Positions 34,794 to 37,464 of a DNA stretch of 37,464 bases are shown here, piece by piece. Below the pieces are notes generated by a model that made no database searches, was not told the origin of the DNA, and worked only from the letters and a program-made list of their open reading frames with translations. Each line of letters opens with the position of its first letter. Position 1 is the first letter of the stretch. Position numbers and translations under genes: made by a program. Where the stretch lies: NCBI RefSeq assembly GCF_001194135.2, contig NC_068981.1, positions 84,456,523 through 84,493,986 of the forward strand. Direction: 5' to 3'. The stretch comes from Octopus bimaculoides. Its lineage: Eukaryota.

Positions 34794-35491
34794 AGATCAC
34801 GATGGAAAGTACAATATAGTCACACTGGAAAGTATAATAAAAGATGAACAAACCGGCTTCTATCAATTGTTAATTTGACTAGATATTTTAATTTAGATAT
34901 ATTTAACCTCATTTTGTTTGATACAGGCAACCTTTGATTATAAATTTTGCAGACTTTAAAATATCCTTTCAAAGTGAACATACTTATAGTTTGGATGGTG
35001 CTCCCGTTACTATCATTTACTGCAAGAAGTGTTTTAATATATGGAAGGAGTAATAACATAACGATCTAGCTATAGCTTGAAAAATGAAATATTGCAAGAA
35101 GAATTTGGGGGATTAAATAACATTAGAAATGGAGATATAAAGCAACATATTCAGTTGAAGAAATACTGAAAACTAAATGGACTTGTTTGAGTCACGCGCT
35201 TCGAAACCAACTTATAGAGTATAGTGGATAATCCAAAATACCATTTTCTGAAAACAATACATCTCGATAGCGGAGTTCACTGTGATACAGAAGATAAGAG
35301 AGAAGCACAGCATAGACAAGACTGGGGTTGAGTACGTGAAAGGCTTTCCCTTTGTGAGACACTTGAAGCAGTAACAAACCACACATATATTCCTGTATAC
35401 ATCACACATATATGCATACATATATATGCATCCATTATATATGTAGACATACGTACATATATATACATATATAGAGAGAGAGACAGAGAGG

Positions 35492-35545
<54 letters not shown>

Positions 35546-36151
35546 GTGTGTATGTAATATATATTTATAGACATACACACAAATGCATATATGTACGAAC
35601 TTATGTACATATACGTATATATATGAGCATACATTCATGAACCTACACATACAAACAAATGCATTGATATAAACATACATACCGACATTCATACAAAAAT
35701 ACTTACATATATATATATATATATCAAGACACATACTCGCTTTTGTTCATTTTGTGAATGCTTAGCTATAGCGGTATTAATGTATTTTGTGTGTTTGAAC
35801 ATTTAAGCAAAACAAGCCCGAGTAAAAGAAACTACTTTAGCCTAAAGAATGTAAAATGATAAATTAAAAAAAAAGACACAGAAAAACTAAATTTCAAAAT
35901 AAACAAACGACGTCAAAAGATAAACAATGATAATAGGAAGAAAAAAAAATGATTTTAGAATCGGATGCCCTATCATGATGTGTATTTATATTTAGTCTAT
36001 TTTAACTGTTTACCCCTTTGTAGCACTTTTCTTTCTCGCCTTCTCAAAAAGAGATTTATCGCACTTAACAATAAAACTATTGTTTCCCTAAGAAACCTAG
36101 AAAAACACAAACGTTTTACGCCAGTAGTATACACACGCACACAGACACACA

Positions 36152-36251
<100 letters not shown>

Positions 36252-36742
36252 CACAGTCCCAGAATGGTGGAAATGAGCTGAGTATTACAGCTCTGGTGTA
36301 TAGGTCTCTATAGCTTATTCCATGCGTTCAGTTCGAATATTATCACTTGGCTGTCGTTCCCCAGCTCGGCCTCTTGATCAATTCAAACTTAAGCCAAGTT
36401 AATGGCATTAGAGACCACTAAGCAAAGCAATGCACTTGGAGCATCCTACCTCCCTAAATACAAATACACTATACATATATATATATTAAAATTAGACCAC
36501 TAGAATTCTGGGACTCTTGGGTAATTACCCAGTATTTAGTTGCCTCAAGATGACTCTATACATATTGAGAGAATGACATTGAAGTCATGAGCTTCGTAAT
36601 CTTAATGTGCAACTAACACTAGATCTTCACTATATTCTCTCTTTAAGAGAGTATGCTGTGCTTTGATGCAGACGTTGCTATTATTTATAATTATTTATAG
36701 GTCTTTAGTCTGACTAATTCAATAACTTTTAGATATTATCAT

Positions 36743-37010
36743 GTGAGGGCGAATGACCTAATGCTTAGGGTGTTGCAATCACAATCGTGAGATCGTGATT
36801 TCAGTTCTCGTTGCAGCATGTTGTGCTCTTGAGCAAAACACTCCAACACACATTGCTCTGCGACCACTTTGACACCTGATGTACGGCACACCGTACACCT
36901 GGTCAGATAACGTCAATTTGATGAAGGGAGCGAGCAAATGTACAGCGGAAATATTTGATCCCTATGAACAAGTCATTTGCGTAGGTTCTTCAGCAAGAAA
37001 CTGTAGAACT
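36743..37010 (+). mobile_element. tRNA-derived SINE with a head related to family D
   Basis: 'gtgagggcgaatgacctaatgcttaggg' head and CORE-like 'gttgtgctcttgagcaaaacact'. The body differs from the copy at 34460. Confidence 0.6.
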
Positions 37011-37031
37011 AACTTTCTCGAACTACGAGAG

Positions 37032-37034
<3 letters not shown>

Positions 37035-37068
<34 letters not shown>

Positions 37069-37195
37069 GCATCATCTTCATCACCACCACCACCACTGCC
37101 ACTACCTCCTGTACCATCATTATTATCATCACCATCATCAACATCATCGTCGTCATCGTCATTATCATCATCATCATCAGCAGCAGCAGCAGCAG

Positions 37196-37251
<56 letters not shown>

Positions 37252-37252
37252 G
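37035..37252. repeat. (ATC)n/(ACC)/(AGC) compound trinucleotide repeat
   Basis: Read directly. Explains the poly-Ile, poly-Met and poly-Asp ORFs. Confidence 0.95.
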
Positions 37253-37417
37253 ATAATATCATGTGTTCTACGAATTCTATAACCTTCCCCTGAAGTGAAA
37301 AGATATCATATGTGTACCTTTGGAACTGACAGTGAAATAGAAATAGATAAGTTCTAAAGATATATAGAAATATGTTGACAAAGATAAAATCTAAAAGATT
37401 TTAGTGTCACTGTATAT

Positions 37418-37464
<47 letters not shown>

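Noticed and set aside
35192-35386. Two overlapping open minus-strand frames
   Set aside because: No recognisable motif; the length is within chance expectation.

Overview
AT-rich, microsatellite-saturated eukaryotic draft-assembly DNA with 10 N-gaps. The repeat content looks like a coleoid cephalopod, most likely Octopus. That is recognised from memory of repeat families, not from a database search. No host protein-coding gene can be supported; nearly all ORFs in the track are microsatellite or N-gap artefacts. The window holds about 16 tRNA-type SINE copies or fragments from several families (9 from one family), a decayed RTE/BovB-like LINE with an internal template-switch rearrangement (26.7-28.4 kb), and a head-to-tail stack of R4/Dong-like LINE fragments plus a SINE-like element, each bounded by (AAT)n/(AAC)n microsatellites (29.6-33.0 kb). 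It also has Tc1, mariner, hAT and Helentron-like remnants and three long hairpins. The most interesting hairpin (7972-8153) is two inverted copies of a Penelope-type minimal hammerhead ribozyme motif.
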